A stretch of DNA of 63,994 nt, counting the filler, from Choristocarpus tenellus KU-1152 (taxonomy: Eukaryota; Protista; Phaeophyceae): NCBI GenBank assembly GCA_964200185.2. It is 12 parts of 12 records of this genome, joined end to end, with 100 filler letters (N's around TTAATTAATTAA, not from the genome) between each part and the next. Parts side by side here need not be neighbours in the genome. Positions count along the whole stretch, not along the records: positions 1 to 5,500 come from CAXNAD020010602.1; positions 5,601 to 10,253 come from CAXNAD020013620.1; positions 10,354 to 20,732 come from CAXNAD020002965.1; 9 more parts are not named here. The stretch is one strand, 5' to 3'. Of this stretch, positions 1 through 11,661 are shown piece by piece (position 1 is the stretch's first letter; each line of letters opens with the position of its first letter). The notes under the pieces were generated by a model that did no database searches, was not told the DNA's origin, and was given only the letters and a program-made list of their open reading frames with translations. The position numbers were made by a program, and so were the translations under genes.

Positions 1-934
1 CTCCTTCGTGTTCTGTGGTGAGTGTGCAACATGATTTTGACCCTGTACCTGTTCGTGTACATAAACAGTAGAACATACCAGCTGGTCATGAAATCATCGA
101 ACGTTGCACCACTGATACTAGTCCGTCATTGGATACTGTCGTAGTAGTGGAGCCAGTCATACACTCCATGCCTGCTGTAGATCAAACCACTGAACCTACA
201 CATCCTTGGAACCGTATCGTAGCTGCTCGCACTCTCAGTATTTGGTCAACCAATAATAGATCAGTATTGGTTCAAATGGCAAATCCAACTACACGGAAAG
301 TGCGTATCAGGAAGCGTCTTGTGATAGGTCACTTAACCCCTATTTCAGATCAGGTACCGATTACTGTTAGTACTATAAATACTGATTCTTCTCCATTCAG
401 TAAAGTTAGAGAGTAATTACATCAAGCCTTCACTAAGTCAAACTCATTTAAAGATACCACGTTCAGTCAGTCACAAATGTCTCAACTTTTAGACCTCTGT
501 GCTTGTTATAGATCGGTATTTTTGTTGAATGCAGCAGAACCAGGCTGATGTACCCTAGCTGAAGCAAAATTCCTATAGAGCCTGGTATCAAACCTGTTGA
601 CAGGAACCCTTACAGAACAACCCCCGTGCTCAACAAGTAATTGACTCGTGTGTTAATACTATGGAAGAGCAAGGCATTATTGGAAAACGTGCCAGCCCTT
701 GGGGTAGTCCTGTTACTATTGTGGTCAAATCTGATGGCTCCCCACGATTCTGTGTAGACTATAGGTCAACTATTAACAAACACTTTGTTCGACAGTCTTG
801 GCCTATGCCTGATATAGAGTCTCATATTGATACTGTTGGGGGTGCCAAATTTATCCCCGTTTGTGATATTCAGAGTGCATATCGGCAGATTCCTGTTGCT
901 GAGGATGACATTGATAAAACTGCTTTTGTCACTG
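1..934 (+). pseudogene. Degenerate Ty3/Gypsy LTR-retrotransposon pol fragment (protease-RT linker and N-terminal RT)
   Basis: 661-934 reads MEEQGIIGKRASPWGSPVTIVVKSDGSPRFCVDYR...DIQSAYRQIPVAEDDIDKTAFVT, which are the classic Gypsy RT motifs. Upstream, PVDRNPYR and LLDLC.YRSVF are broken by stops (e.g. 414-416) and frameshifts. The RT ends abruptly after KTAFVT. Confidence 0.92.
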
Positions 935-990
935 TGATTTAGTTGCATGTGTCGGATTTGAAATGTCAGCGAAAAGAAGAAGACTGTTGC
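934..990. mobile_element. Internal fragment of MITE family A at the point where the Gypsy RT is truncated
   Basis: gtgatttagttgcatgtgtcggatttgaaatgtcagcgaaaagaag matches the interior of the full copy at 23637-23814 (gatttggtcgcatgtgtcggatttgaaatgtcaacaaaaa). Confidence 0.7.
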
Positions 991-2112
991 TTGGGTTCAT
1001 TTCTGTCCTTGCGTACGCAAGAGGAACGGGAATATAGGCCACCATTTAAATGGGTTTGGTTTTGAGTTTGGATGTTTGAATGTGTCGGATTTGGAGTCTG
1101 CTCAAACAGGTTTATTGGTTTATATGTATGTTGGTCGCGTGGTTACAATGGAGAAGAAGAGATACGTGTTAGGCTGTTCCAGGGCTGGATTTTGTTGTTG
1201 TTGTTGTTATTGTTGTTGTTGTTGTATGACTGGGATTTGGTTAGCACACAAAGAGGGTTGTGGGTTAGGGTATGTTTTCCCACTGTTGGATGAGGAATTG
1301 AAAAAAATAATATGGGCAGTTGGGAGGGGTTTTTTTTCGTTTAGTTGCTTACGTGAGTCATATCCAAACCGACACAAAGAGGACTGTCAATTTGGGCCTG
1401 TTCTCCCGGCGTGTGCACGTGTTGCTGATGATGTTAGGGTTGAAGGTGTTGGTGGGAAGTACGGGAAAAGATGTGTACAGAATGTGGATGTGTATACGAG
1501 TGGTTATTGGTCAAGGTCTATTGCCGTACTTTTCTCTGAAAGTAGTTCAAGGTACAATTCCAGAGGTCCCGGGTTGGTGCTGTGCTGAGGAGCATCGTGT
1601 GTGAACTTGGGTATATAATCCTCCAAGATTCGAAGGAGAACGAGATCGAATCTGTAATGTCGACACTAGGACAAAGCGAGAGGTGGTACATAGAGTATTG
1701 AGAAGAAGGGTGGAGGTGCGTTATGGTGTACAAGGAATAAATAGCGGCTCACAGAATGGACAGGGTATTCATCGCATCCCCTGGCGATTTGTTTTGAAAG
1801 GTTAGCTGAGCAGATGGAGAAGAATTGTTTGATTGATGTATTATATTTTAGTTGTCTAAAATGTGTAGCGGACACGCTTTTTTAAACAAAAAATAACACA
1901 CAGGTCTAATCCTCAACGTGAGTATGATGTATATGATACACACAGACTCTGACTGGTATCAATGTACATCGAAACCACTATCCAAATGTATGACTCGTCG
2001 AATGGAAAGTGTGTGAACATGGTAGTCTGACACCAAGGCAATACTAATGTATAAATCACCATGACCTGCTACTCTACCCGTACTTAAACCAAAAAACGAA
2101 ACGACTTAAGCC

Positions 2113-3275
2113 CTATTTCAATTGGTGGGCGGACTCGAAATTGCATTCGTCCCCCTTTTCCCACCACTCCGTGAGCTTAGGGTATGCCTCGACAAGACGG
2201 TGCCATAGATTTAGACGTGTGGAGTACCTGGCATTCCAAGGTTTGGGCTTCACGAGGCTCAAGAAGATAGCCTTCCTCGCCTGGAGTGCTTCCACATATT
2301 CGGGACGCAATGTGTTGCCTGACTTCCCTCCAAGATCGTGGAGATTAACCTATGTGGGCTCGTGGACGTAGCATTTATCCCTGAAAACAAAACAAGCGGC
2401 CCCTTTGCCGGCCTTGATGAGCCTGAACCCATGGTCATATATGACTTGGGTGATGATTTGAGTCTGCACTCGATACAGTAAAGAAGCAGGTTTCGTCGTT
2501 GATCGTAGGAGCTCGGTAACGCACGGCTCCATGAAGGCTTCGGTGATCCCCACTTCGGATCTATTACCAGAGTCGGTTGCATCCTGTGTGACGCATCCGC
2601 CATCACAACGAGATGATCTTGCGTCGTCATCATTGTACCTCGATGTAGATGAACACGAATTTACCGTGTACCCGCCCATTTTGGCAGAAGCAAAGATGTC
2701 GTCGAAGAGGCCAGGGTCTAAAGCGCTGCCATCAGGACCGCGAGGCTGTTTGAATGGTTTCATCCGTCCAGCATCTTCTCTCGCCCTATTCTTCCTAAAT
2801 AGCGTCCTTTTCCCCTTTCCTTTGCCCTTCTCGGAAGCCTTGTCCCTTGGGGTTGGGGTAGGATCAGCATCGACGCGGTTCTCCTTCCGCCTCACACTAT
2901 GGTGGGGGGTGTACCCTCCCCCTTGTGACTCATGGCCGCCGCTGCGCATCGAATACACGTTCAGGGACATACATGTGTCACTCTTCACAGGCATGGACTG
3001 TGAGTCCTTGTCTAGCCACCCCCTCCCATCCTCCTGTACAAGTCACGCTGGATCTGACAAAGAGTCACAATCATATCGGTCCACATCATCATCAGAGTCT
3101 TCTCTCACTCTCTTCTTCCAAATTAGCGTCCTTTTACCCCTTCCTTTGCCCTTCTCGGAAGGCTTGTTCCTTGGGGTTGGGGTAGGATGAGCATCAACGC
3201 GGTTCTCCTTCCACCTCACACTATGGTAGGGGGTGTTCCTCCCCTCTTGTGACTCGTGGCCGCCGCTGCGCATCA

Positions 3276-3326
<51 letters not shown>

Positions 3327-4292
3327 CGGGGACATACATGTGTCACTCTTCACAGGTGTGGAGACTCTGAATCCTTGTCTAGCCGCCCCCTCCCATCCTC
3401 TTGTACAAGTTCCTCTGGACCTAACAAAGTGTCACAATCATATCGGTCCACATCGTCTTCAGAGTCTTCTCTCACCCTCTTCTTCCTAATTAGCGTCCTT
3501 TTCCCCTTTCCTTTGTCCTTATCGGAAGGCTTGTCCCTGGGGCTTGGGGTAGGGTCAGCATCGACACGGTTCTTCTTCTGCCTCACACTATGGTGGGGGG
3601 TGTACCCTCCTTCTTGTGACTCATGGCCGCCGCTGCGGATCGAATACACGCGTTCGGCGACATACATGTGTCACTCTTCACAAGCGTGGACTGTGAGTCC
3701 TTGTCTAGCCGCCCCCTCCCATCCTCCTGTACAAGTCCCTCTGGACCTGACAAAGTGTCACAATCATATCGGTCCACATTGTCTTCAGAGTCTTCTCTTA
3801 CCCTCCTCTTCCTAAGTAGCATCCTTTCCCCCTTTCCTTTGCCCTTATCGGAAGGCTTGTCCCTCGGGGTTGGGGTAGGGTCAGCATCGACACGGTTCTC
3901 CTTCCGCCTCACACTATGGTGGGGGGTGTACCCTCCTTCTTGCGACTCATGGCCGCCGTTGCGCATCGAATGAGTGTTTCGTTACATACATGTGTCACTC
4001 CTCAAAGGCGTGGATTCTGAGTCCTTGTCTAGCCGCCCCCTCCCATTCTCCCGTACAAGTCCCTCTGGACCTGACAAAGAGTCACAATCATATCGATCCA
4101 CATCGTCTTTAGAGTCTTCTCTCACCCTCTTCTTCCTAAATAGCGTCCTTTTACCCCTTCCTTTGCCCTTCTCGGAAGGCTTGTTCCTTGGGGTTGGGAT
4201 AGGATCAGCATCGACGCGGTTCTCACTCCGCCTCACACTATGGTGGGGGGTGTTCCTCCCCTCTTGTGACTCGTGGCCGCCGCTGCGCATCA

Positions 4293-4323
<31 letters not shown>

Positions 4324-5326
4324 TTCGGGGATATACATGTGTCACTCCTAACGGGTGTGGAGACTCTGAGTCCTTGTCTAGCCGCCCCCTCCCATCCTCC
4401 TGTACAAGTTCCTCTGGACCTGACAAAGTGTCACAATCATATCGGTCCACATCGTCTTCAGAGTCTTCTCTCACCCTCTTCTTCCTAAGTAGCATCCTTT
4501 CCCCCCTCTCCTTTGCCCTTCTAGGAAGGCTTGTCCCTGGGGGTTGGGGTAGGATCAGCATCGACGCGGTTCTCACTCCGCCGCACACTATGGTGGGGGG
4601 TGTACCCTCCTTCTTGCGACTCATGGCCGCCGCTGCGCATCGAATGAGCGTTCGGCGACATACATGTGTCACTCTTCACAGGCATGGATTCTGAGTCCTT
4701 GTCTAGCCGCCCCCTCCCATCCTCCTGTACAAGTCCCTCTGGACCTGACAAAGCGTTACAATCATATCGATCCACATCGTCTTTAGAGTCTTCTCTCACC
4801 CTCTTCTTCCTAATTAGCGTCCTCTTCCCCTTTCCTTTGCCCTTATCGGAAGGCTTGTCCCTCAGGGTTGGGGTAGGGTCAGCATCGACACGGTTCTCCT
4901 TCCGCCTCACACTATGGTGGGGGGTGTACCCTCCTTCTTGTGACTCGTGTCCGCTGCTGCGGATCGAATACACGCGTTCGGGGACATACATGTGTCACTC
5001 TTCACAAGCGTGGACTGTGAGTCCTTATCTAGCCACCCCCACGCATCCTCCTGTACAAGTCCCTCTGGACCTGACAAGTCCTTACGAACGGGTCGGCCCT
5101 CATCGCCTTCGGAGTCGTGTTCCGATGGTGTGATTGTATGCCTCCTCCCTCGTAGAGTCCTGCTTCCTATACTTACTGCAGGGCTAGGTAATGGGGTATA
5201 TTTTTCCTCTTCATCATATGGCGGGTGGGGTCTTCCACAAGGCATAGGTGTGGACACGCCACCAGTCAACATTTTCTTCACCACTGTAAAATTGGTGAAG
5301 GTGGATAGTTCGTCTACGAGGACTCT
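2113..5326 (-). pseudogene. Disrupted intronless ORF of unknown function containing an array of 108-aa repeats
   Basis: A unique N-terminal part (RVLVDELSTF...PPYDEEEKYTPLPSP) leads into about seven 108-codon repeats and then a unique C-terminal part. ORFs 2350-2994 and 2113-2310 share a frame and are separated by a single TAG. Frameshifts occur in the 326-, 350- and 367-bp units. The 5' end is cut by a MITE at 5327. Confidence 0.5.
2773..5077. repeat. Tandem array of about 7 copies of a 324-bp unit
   Basis: The marker c(t/g)cacactatgg recurs at 2891, 3215, 3582, 3908, 4232, 4582 and 4906, giving spacings of 324, 367, 326, 324, 350 and 324. The longer units contain (TA)n/(TG)n expansions at ~3275-3324 and ~4292-4320. 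Confidence 0.97.
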
Positions 5327-5500
5327 GAGCGAAAGTATCTTAGAGGGTACGAGTTTTTCCTTGTTTGTCCGCTTGGGGCTTGACTTCCCTCGGGGTTCTT
5401 AGGACATTTCCCTACTCCAAAATGTTTCGGAGTAGGTAAAATGTATACATTATCAAAAGATGCGTCTGGAACAAGGATATTGACACTTCCTAACAAACAT
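5327..5500. mobile_element. MITE family B, truncated by the contig end
   Basis: Starts gagcgaaagtatcttagagggt and is colinear with the full copy at 58543-58809. Confidence 0.88.
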
Positions 5501-5600
5501 NNNNNNNNNNNNNNNNNNNNNNNNNNNNNNNNNNNNNNNNNNNNTTAATTAATTAANNNNNNNNNNNNNNNNNNNNNNNNNNNNNNNNNNNNNNNNNNNN
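5501..5600. other. Artificial contig-joining linker (N44-TTAATTAATTAA-N44)
   Basis: Six-frame stop spacer. Identical linkers lie at 10254-10353, 20733-20832, 25327-25426, 30454-30553, 37999-38098, 43494-43593, 48422-48521, 53366-53465, 56562-56661 and 61073-61172. Confidence 0.99.
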
Positions 5601-5740
5601 GGTATCCATTTGGACCAAAATCAGGTAAAGTACATTTACATTATCCATCCGACGTATTCAACCAAACCACACAAAAATCGCGACATAAAAAAATTGTCCC
5701 CAAATGGACAACCACCACCCCCCCCCAGATACTTTGAACC
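5601..5740. mobile_element. MITE family A, truncated by the contig start
   Basis: Ends in a C-tract followed by agatactttgaacc. The interior matches 20136-20312 and is the reverse complement of the 28690-28850 copy. Confidence 0.85.
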
Positions 5741-6637
5741 TTGTGTGTCAAGTACACTTAGCACAGAGAGAACTTGAGGTCTGAATGGAGGCAAAAGCCA
5801 ACAATAATCAACATGTGAGATACAACCAGTGGATTTCATATCAAGACCAAAAACAAAGAAGCAGACTTGAATCAATGTCTGGGACAACTCATATGGCACA
5901 TACTATACTTGTATGTTTGATAGATGTCAACTGTTCCATACTTGCTATGCACCATGGGGTTGTAACGGCAATTGGCAACGGAAATCTGAGTAACGACCTG
6001 TACCAATATGTTAATCAACAGTCAGTATGAATTGGTAATACTGTATTGTATCAATGACACAAAAGATGAATAGGTATGTTTTAACATAGAGTGTCTGCAT
6101 CACATCCCCTTCCGCCTGACAAGGACTAGTCCTCATATGGAAACACTTCACCAGGGGGACTTGCAAGGACATGATAGTCCTCCTTTACCTAGGAGTCATG
6201 GTTGGATTAGCATAGACCATTGAGACAATGAGTTCTAACTGTTCACTCTTGTACAAAGCCCCGCATTTGATGCGATGGTTTTGGACGTGGCTAACATGCA
6301 CAGGCACTGCTTTCTACCTGCCCCAATCAGGATCCGTGGAACTGACCGAGCAGTGTAGACAAATTAACGCCCGAAGTACACTGTTGCATACTGCAGGCAC
6401 AAACGATAGTCGAGTCCAATTGGTGCTAGGATCAAAAGCCCTTCAAGGCAACAAGGACAAATCAATTGGTTGATATGTTTCTGGAACAAAGAAAGTTTCA
6501 TGCTTGAATTGATGGCATTGTATTTAATGTACTCACTCACACTTTGCAGGTGCTGTCAGGGGGAGGTAAGACGTATCAAATTGCTGTGTTTTGTGGTCAT
6601 CTATCGATAAACTCTCGTTGTAAGTCTCCACCCTCAC

Positions 6638-7518
6638 CAGGCGCTTATCAGAACTGGTGAAAATGCCGTAGCCATCACGGAGCCCATTGCAGACTCTGCC
6701 TTCATATGAACTGCCATTGCTCCAGTTGTATTGTCCGGCACCTGTTATCTCGTTGTTCCTGTGAGCCAATTGGCCAAGATCGACATCAAATATATGGCTA
6801 ATGCGTTGACTCAAACCTGTTTACAGGACTCAGTGGGTATGAGCAGGATGGTTGCAGCAGTAGCCTCTACCTTGCTTCCAATTACAGTTGTGCTACGGAT
6901 GAGCAACCGTGAATGTGAACAGTGACGATTCCTAGGAAACAACCCCACAACTGAACACCTGTTCGACATAGGTGTCCTATGCGATATTATACATCATCCA
7001 AAAAGTGTAAGAGCAAAGGGGTGAAAGAAATAGCATACATGACAACACACAATTATAGGTTGATGTTGTTTGTTGTTCCCATGTGCACAATACACAGAAG
7101 GACATAATTAGGGATCTTCCTTGCTTCTTCCTTAGACTCCGTCATGTCTTTACCCTCTTCATCACCCGCAACCACGACCTGCTGTGGGTTGTACTCACCG
7201 CCACTCTCCCTCGTACACTGTCCCATCAGATGACCATGTGTACTTTCCTTTACCGTTCATCATCCCTCCGCGGAAATTGCCGTCGTATGTGTTGCCACTG
7301 TGGAAAATCGTCTCGGCAGGTCCGCTGTAGCTGTACAGGAGGTAGAGCAAAGAGATTTTCGTTAGTTGATGAGGTTTGGACTTCGATATTTTCTGTACTT
7401 TTCTCCACTTTCATTTCCGGAGAGTATTTCCAGCGCGATACCCAGCAACTTACCAGCCCTCACTGTCGGTTCCTCCATTATATTTGCTGATTATCAAGGC
7501 CCCGATCTCTGGTCCCAT
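6638..7518 (-). CDS. MORN-repeat protein, radial spoke head 10 (RSPH10B)-like; first three exons, 3' partial
   Basis: Exons 7518-7454, 7330-7199 and 6758-6638 have GT-AG borders and consistent phases. They translate to MGPEIGALIISKYNGGTDSEGCYSGPAETIFHSGNTYDGNFRGGMMNGKGKYTWSSDGTVYEGEWRNNEITGAGQYNWSNGSSYEGRVCNGLRDGYGIFTSSDKRL, i.e. tandem MORN repeats (YEGEW..G..hG.G.Y.W). Confidence 0.88.
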
Positions 7519-7746
7519 ATTGATCCTAACCTTCGCAGGACTGCGGACACAACGATATAATGCAGGTTTTCGTGAAGAAGACTGGGTGTTTGTGGCGCTG
7601 ACCGTTTCATCTCGCAAGAACGAAGGCGCGCGGTTCCTCCCACAGAGCGCGAACTATTCTCACTTAAGTATCATTTTACCTTGTTTTGGAATATATTGCT
7701 ATGACTTCTATCGCTCGGTGCGTTCTGTGCTCATTGTGCATGTTAT

Positions 7747-8009
7747 GAGCCAAAGTACCTTAGAGGGTAGGCCTGCGTCAATTTGAGGACCAAATTCCAA
7801 TGTTAAGATTTTGATGTGACTTTGGCAATCGTGTTTGTTAGTAAGTGTGAATTCCCTTCGTCCAGGCACACCTCTTCATAACATAATAAACATTTTACCT
7901 ACTCCGAAACACTTTGGAGTAGGAAAATGTAATTTAAAAAAAACATCGGAAGCCAAGCCCCAAATGGACAAACAGGGCAAAACTCGTACCCTCTAAGATA
8001 CTTTCACTC
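7747..8009. mobile_element. MITE family B, complete (263 bp), 4-bp TSD TTAT
   Basis: TIRs gagccaaagtaccttagagggta / taccctctaagatactttcactc. TTAT at 7743-7746 and 8010-8013. Opposite orientation to the copy at 58543-58809. Confidence 0.92.
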
Positions 8010-10353
8010 TTATTATGTGACTTCTATCAGGTGAGTTGTTGCCAGTAGGTATTGGTCACGAAAACCTTTCACAACTACAAATAAGGTACTACCACACGAA
8101 CATAAAACATAAGAGTGACGGTCGCACACAAAAGAGTAGATATAACTATGTACCATTAATTTTGTACTTGGTATACAGTATATTATGAGCTCTACTTGTA
8201 TACAGGCTCTATTTAGCTCTATCCTCAGGCACTCCTGGCTTAACACCTCGCGCACTCAAAGCACATGCATTCTACTCAGTTCTTTCCACTACTTGCCATG
8301 GATACTGTTGGAGGTCTATTGATAGGGATTCGTGAAACCCAAAACCCGCTGGTATGGGCAGTAATAGTGAGCAATTGGGTAATTCCTGCGAGGAAATGCT
8401 GACCAAGGAGGAGACCCAAGCCCACTGGACAATCTATTTGGCTCACCACTTCAATAACCGTGTTATGTAGTTCGAAGTAGTACTTAAAGAATACTGTATT
8501 TGGTATCTATATTGAGTAGTGATACACACACAATATATATATATATATATATATATCCTCATCCCTTGCAAGAAAGAACACAACCAAGTCAGGGGTCCAT
8601 CAGATACTACTTGCAAGAAGAGTTGTGGCGCATTTGAAGACAAGAAATCAAGAGAGCTAATACTGGTGGATGGAAGATGCAGCCATCATATTCAGAATAT
8701 CAAGTATATTTCATGTTGAAGATAGATCAAAGTACCCCAATGCATAAAATATATTTCAGAGTTACTCCCACCCAATATTACTACATGGTGTGAAATATAA
8801 AAAAGTTTGAGGTGAGGGCATCTAATGCTATTTTCATTGATAAAGCACTAACAATTCATCACGCTCAACTATCTGCCTGCGTGTTGTTGCAACACAGGAA
8901 AAACCAATCCAAACTTTAAATGTTCACAACTTCGGAAACTGTACAAAAACAACTATCAACGTTTTTATTTGACGTCTGTAATACACATCAAATAAGTGTC
9001 TGGATAATGACGTTCTAGAAGAAATAAGAATGACGAGCGTTATCATGTACATCGGAAGTTCTAGACCAAATTAACACCAGAGTCTCCAGAAATAACAAAT
9101 GTTACAAACCAAATGGAGTCGACTCTTTGTTCATTTAGAAGTATGACTGAGTACAATAATAGAGATATATTTGGTGTTCACCAACGAAATAGTTTATGGA
9201 AGGCCTCTCCATTTTGACCCGTACTAGGGTTGTGCTTGATGGATTCTCTTTTTGTCGTCCTGTTAGAGGAAAGGTTTTTTAAGCGTGTACACATCCTTAC
9301 ACTTCAAACAAGAATAAATCAGAGATCAAATTGTTATGGTTGGTAGTACATTTCTTAGCGAGTTTACAAAATCATCACGGTTGTTCTGAATTGTGATGAT
9401 GGAGCACTACTGATAAACGACTCCTATTACTACGTAGAATCGACATTTGTCTTGTTGATAGTGCACCTTTTGTGGCGCACGTGTAAGTTGGAGATTGCAC
9501 TTGCTCTGTTGGAACACTATAGTGTATTGACAGAGTCGTAGTCTAACAGATGATTTCGAAGTCATCTCCAAGACAGGTGGTGACGAGGAACGATAGACAA
9601 AACTATAATTCAAGGACTAACATGCTTATCATTTTATTATGGCTGCAATAATACCTTCTGATGAAAAACAAGACATGGTTGGACCATACCCCCCACATAC
9701 TACTTACCATGTCTTGTCGTTCGTGAGAAATACTGTCACCTTTGGGTCGCCCTACATCTCTTTTCCTCAAGCTTGGACACGTTCAGATTCAAAGAGTTGA
9801 GATATTGTTTTTCACTAAAATGATACTTGAAACTATAGCAGTATACCACGCCATCAATACCTACAAAGTAGTAATCGATTTGCAAGCACTGTATAGGCTA
9901 AGGCGTAGCAAAACGTCAGAAATATATCTCCCTACAACTTTACAAAAAAATACGCCCACGAAGGCAACAACAAAATACATGCGAAAAAAATATTGGTCAG
10001 CAGATGATAAACAACGCATTCGTTCTCAGATCCTGACATGTCCATCCATACACCTGCCTTTCCCCCTCACCTAATCATATATATATAAACACCCCAAAAA
10101 ACGTTACCACAAGCCTCGTTGTCCTTAGAGCAGGATGAGGGGTGAACACTCTCACACAAGGCCGATAGTACTACTAGAAATTTTCAAACATAAATATACA
10201 AGACACGAAAAAATCCAACCTCAGCAGCCCATACAACCCCAGACAACCTCCCTNNNNNNNNNNNNNNNNNNNNNNNNNNNNNNNNNNNNNNNNNNNNTTA
10301 ATTAATTAANNNNNNNNNNNNNNNNNNNNNNNNNNNNNNNNNNNNNNNNNNNN

Positions 10354-10658
10354 CCATTTCCGGCACTCAACGAGGAAATGTGATAGTAAAGGCTCTAACA
10401 CCTCGAATCCTGTGCCCGTGTATGAACGATGGGAAAGACTGTCAAACAGCGCTCGAGATGGTAGCAGGATATGCGATGTTGAGGTCGGAAACTGTGAGTA
10501 AATGGGAGAGAGACTTCCTAACTAAGGGCCATATCAAGGTGTCGGAGCAAGGGCGCGATGAGAGGCGTTTCGTTCTAGGCCTCGACGAGGACATCCTTGC
10601 CGAGGTCAAAGAGTGGGTGCACAGGAAGAAAGGGTCAGGAGGCTTTTTTCTTCTCTAA
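10354..10658 (+). mobile_element. Possible DNA-transposase N-terminal (HTH-like) fragment
   Basis: ETVSKWERDFLTKGHIKVSEQGR...LDEDILAEVKEWV resembles, from memory, the N-terminal region of IS630/Tc1-like eukaryotic transposases. No DDE core is visible. Confidence 0.35.
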
Positions 10659-10978
10659 ACCCTATACTTTAATCAAGTAATAGTATATCTGTTGCCACTC
10701 TTGATGACCTTCAATCCTTGGTTCGAACCCTAATATGACCAGTCTTTCTTCAAAAAAAGAAAAAAATGGAGAAAACAACGAAGCCCGTACTCTGGAGGGC
10801 ATTGTGACGGGCATCACGAATATGCTTTTAGTTCTTAAATCCGATGTCTAAATCAAACGTTATGACCGGACAACCCCAGAGGGCGAACCTTCTGCCACCA
10901 CTATATGGAGAAATAGATGTCAAGGTATACCTTCTAAAATAATGGCCCTTTAAAGGTATACCAAAGTTAGGAGTTGGT

Positions 10979-11186
10979 TATATTATCATTATGCCCTTGA
11001 CATTTTGCAGATGTGTCGGGGGAAAACAAATGAAAACTATACATATGTCAGTATAAGCCCTAAAGAAATGAAATAGGAGTTGGTTATCACAGACACTAGG
11101 GGTAGTAGTAGTCGTACAGATTGAAACAATGCTTTTTTGGTTTCTTCCTGACACATCTGAAAATATCAGAGATGATGATAATATAT
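10979..11186. repeat. Imperfect foldback with ~57-bp arms; one arm recurs at 53466-53535
   Basis: The left arm (tatattatcattatgcccttgacattttgcagatgtgtcgggggaaaacaaatg) is the imperfect reverse complement of 11131-11186. It is a close reverse complement of 53466-53535. Confidence 0.7.
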
Positions 11187-11661
11187 ATAGAAAACTAATA
11201 CAAGAATGAACAACATTATGTTCTACTTCAATGATTAAATCATCAGAAATTTAGTTACTATTTTTCATACAGTACTTCAATTTCTGCTTCATCTCACTAA
11301 TAAATCTACAATAAAAAACAAAAAATAATATATTGTAGAAAAAGTGGTAAGAGTTGAGAGTAAACGTGATATATCCAAGGACCTTCCCACAACTTACAAG
11401 GTCATCTTTGCTGGTTGTTAGTCGATTGGGAATCGCAGAGCGAGACAAATAGGGAGGCCTAAGACACACCAATCTTCTCAACCCATAGGATTGCGCGTTT
11501 TGTACCGCTGGTTAGGCTTAAGGGCGCCAAACCTCCCATTCATTTGGAGGCAGATTCGTTTCCTCTATCTTCAACAATCGAAACATCACAAACTGAACGC
11601 ACGACCTCAAGGTTGACCGCCCATCGCCTACGCAAAAGGGACGTAGATCACTAAGAAAAAC

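Noticed and set aside
1072-1604. ORFs with poly-Cys or poly-Leu runs
   Set aside because: Produced by a (TTG)n microsatellite at ~1191-1224; no recognisable domain.
2773-5077. CRISPR-like array
   Set aside because: Whole 324-bp units are homologous, with no unique spacers and no cas genes, in a eukaryotic context.
2531-5402. Plus-strand Ser/Leu/Phe-rich ORFs across the tandem array
   Set aside because: Antisense shadows of the repeat. The minus-strand frame connects to unique flanking coding sequence and has more protein-like composition.
5501-5600. Recurring TTAATTAATTAA palindrome and ORFs ending in ...XLIN
   Set aside because: Artificial contig spacers inside N runs. The ORFs and any apparent gene neighbourhoods across them are artefacts.
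11251-11405. Tiny divergent spliced ORF (ATGACCTT|GTAAGT...TAG|, MTLFISEMKQKLKYCMKNSN)
   Set aside because: Splice signals are plausible, but it is only 20 aa with no homology and cannot be supported without transcripts.
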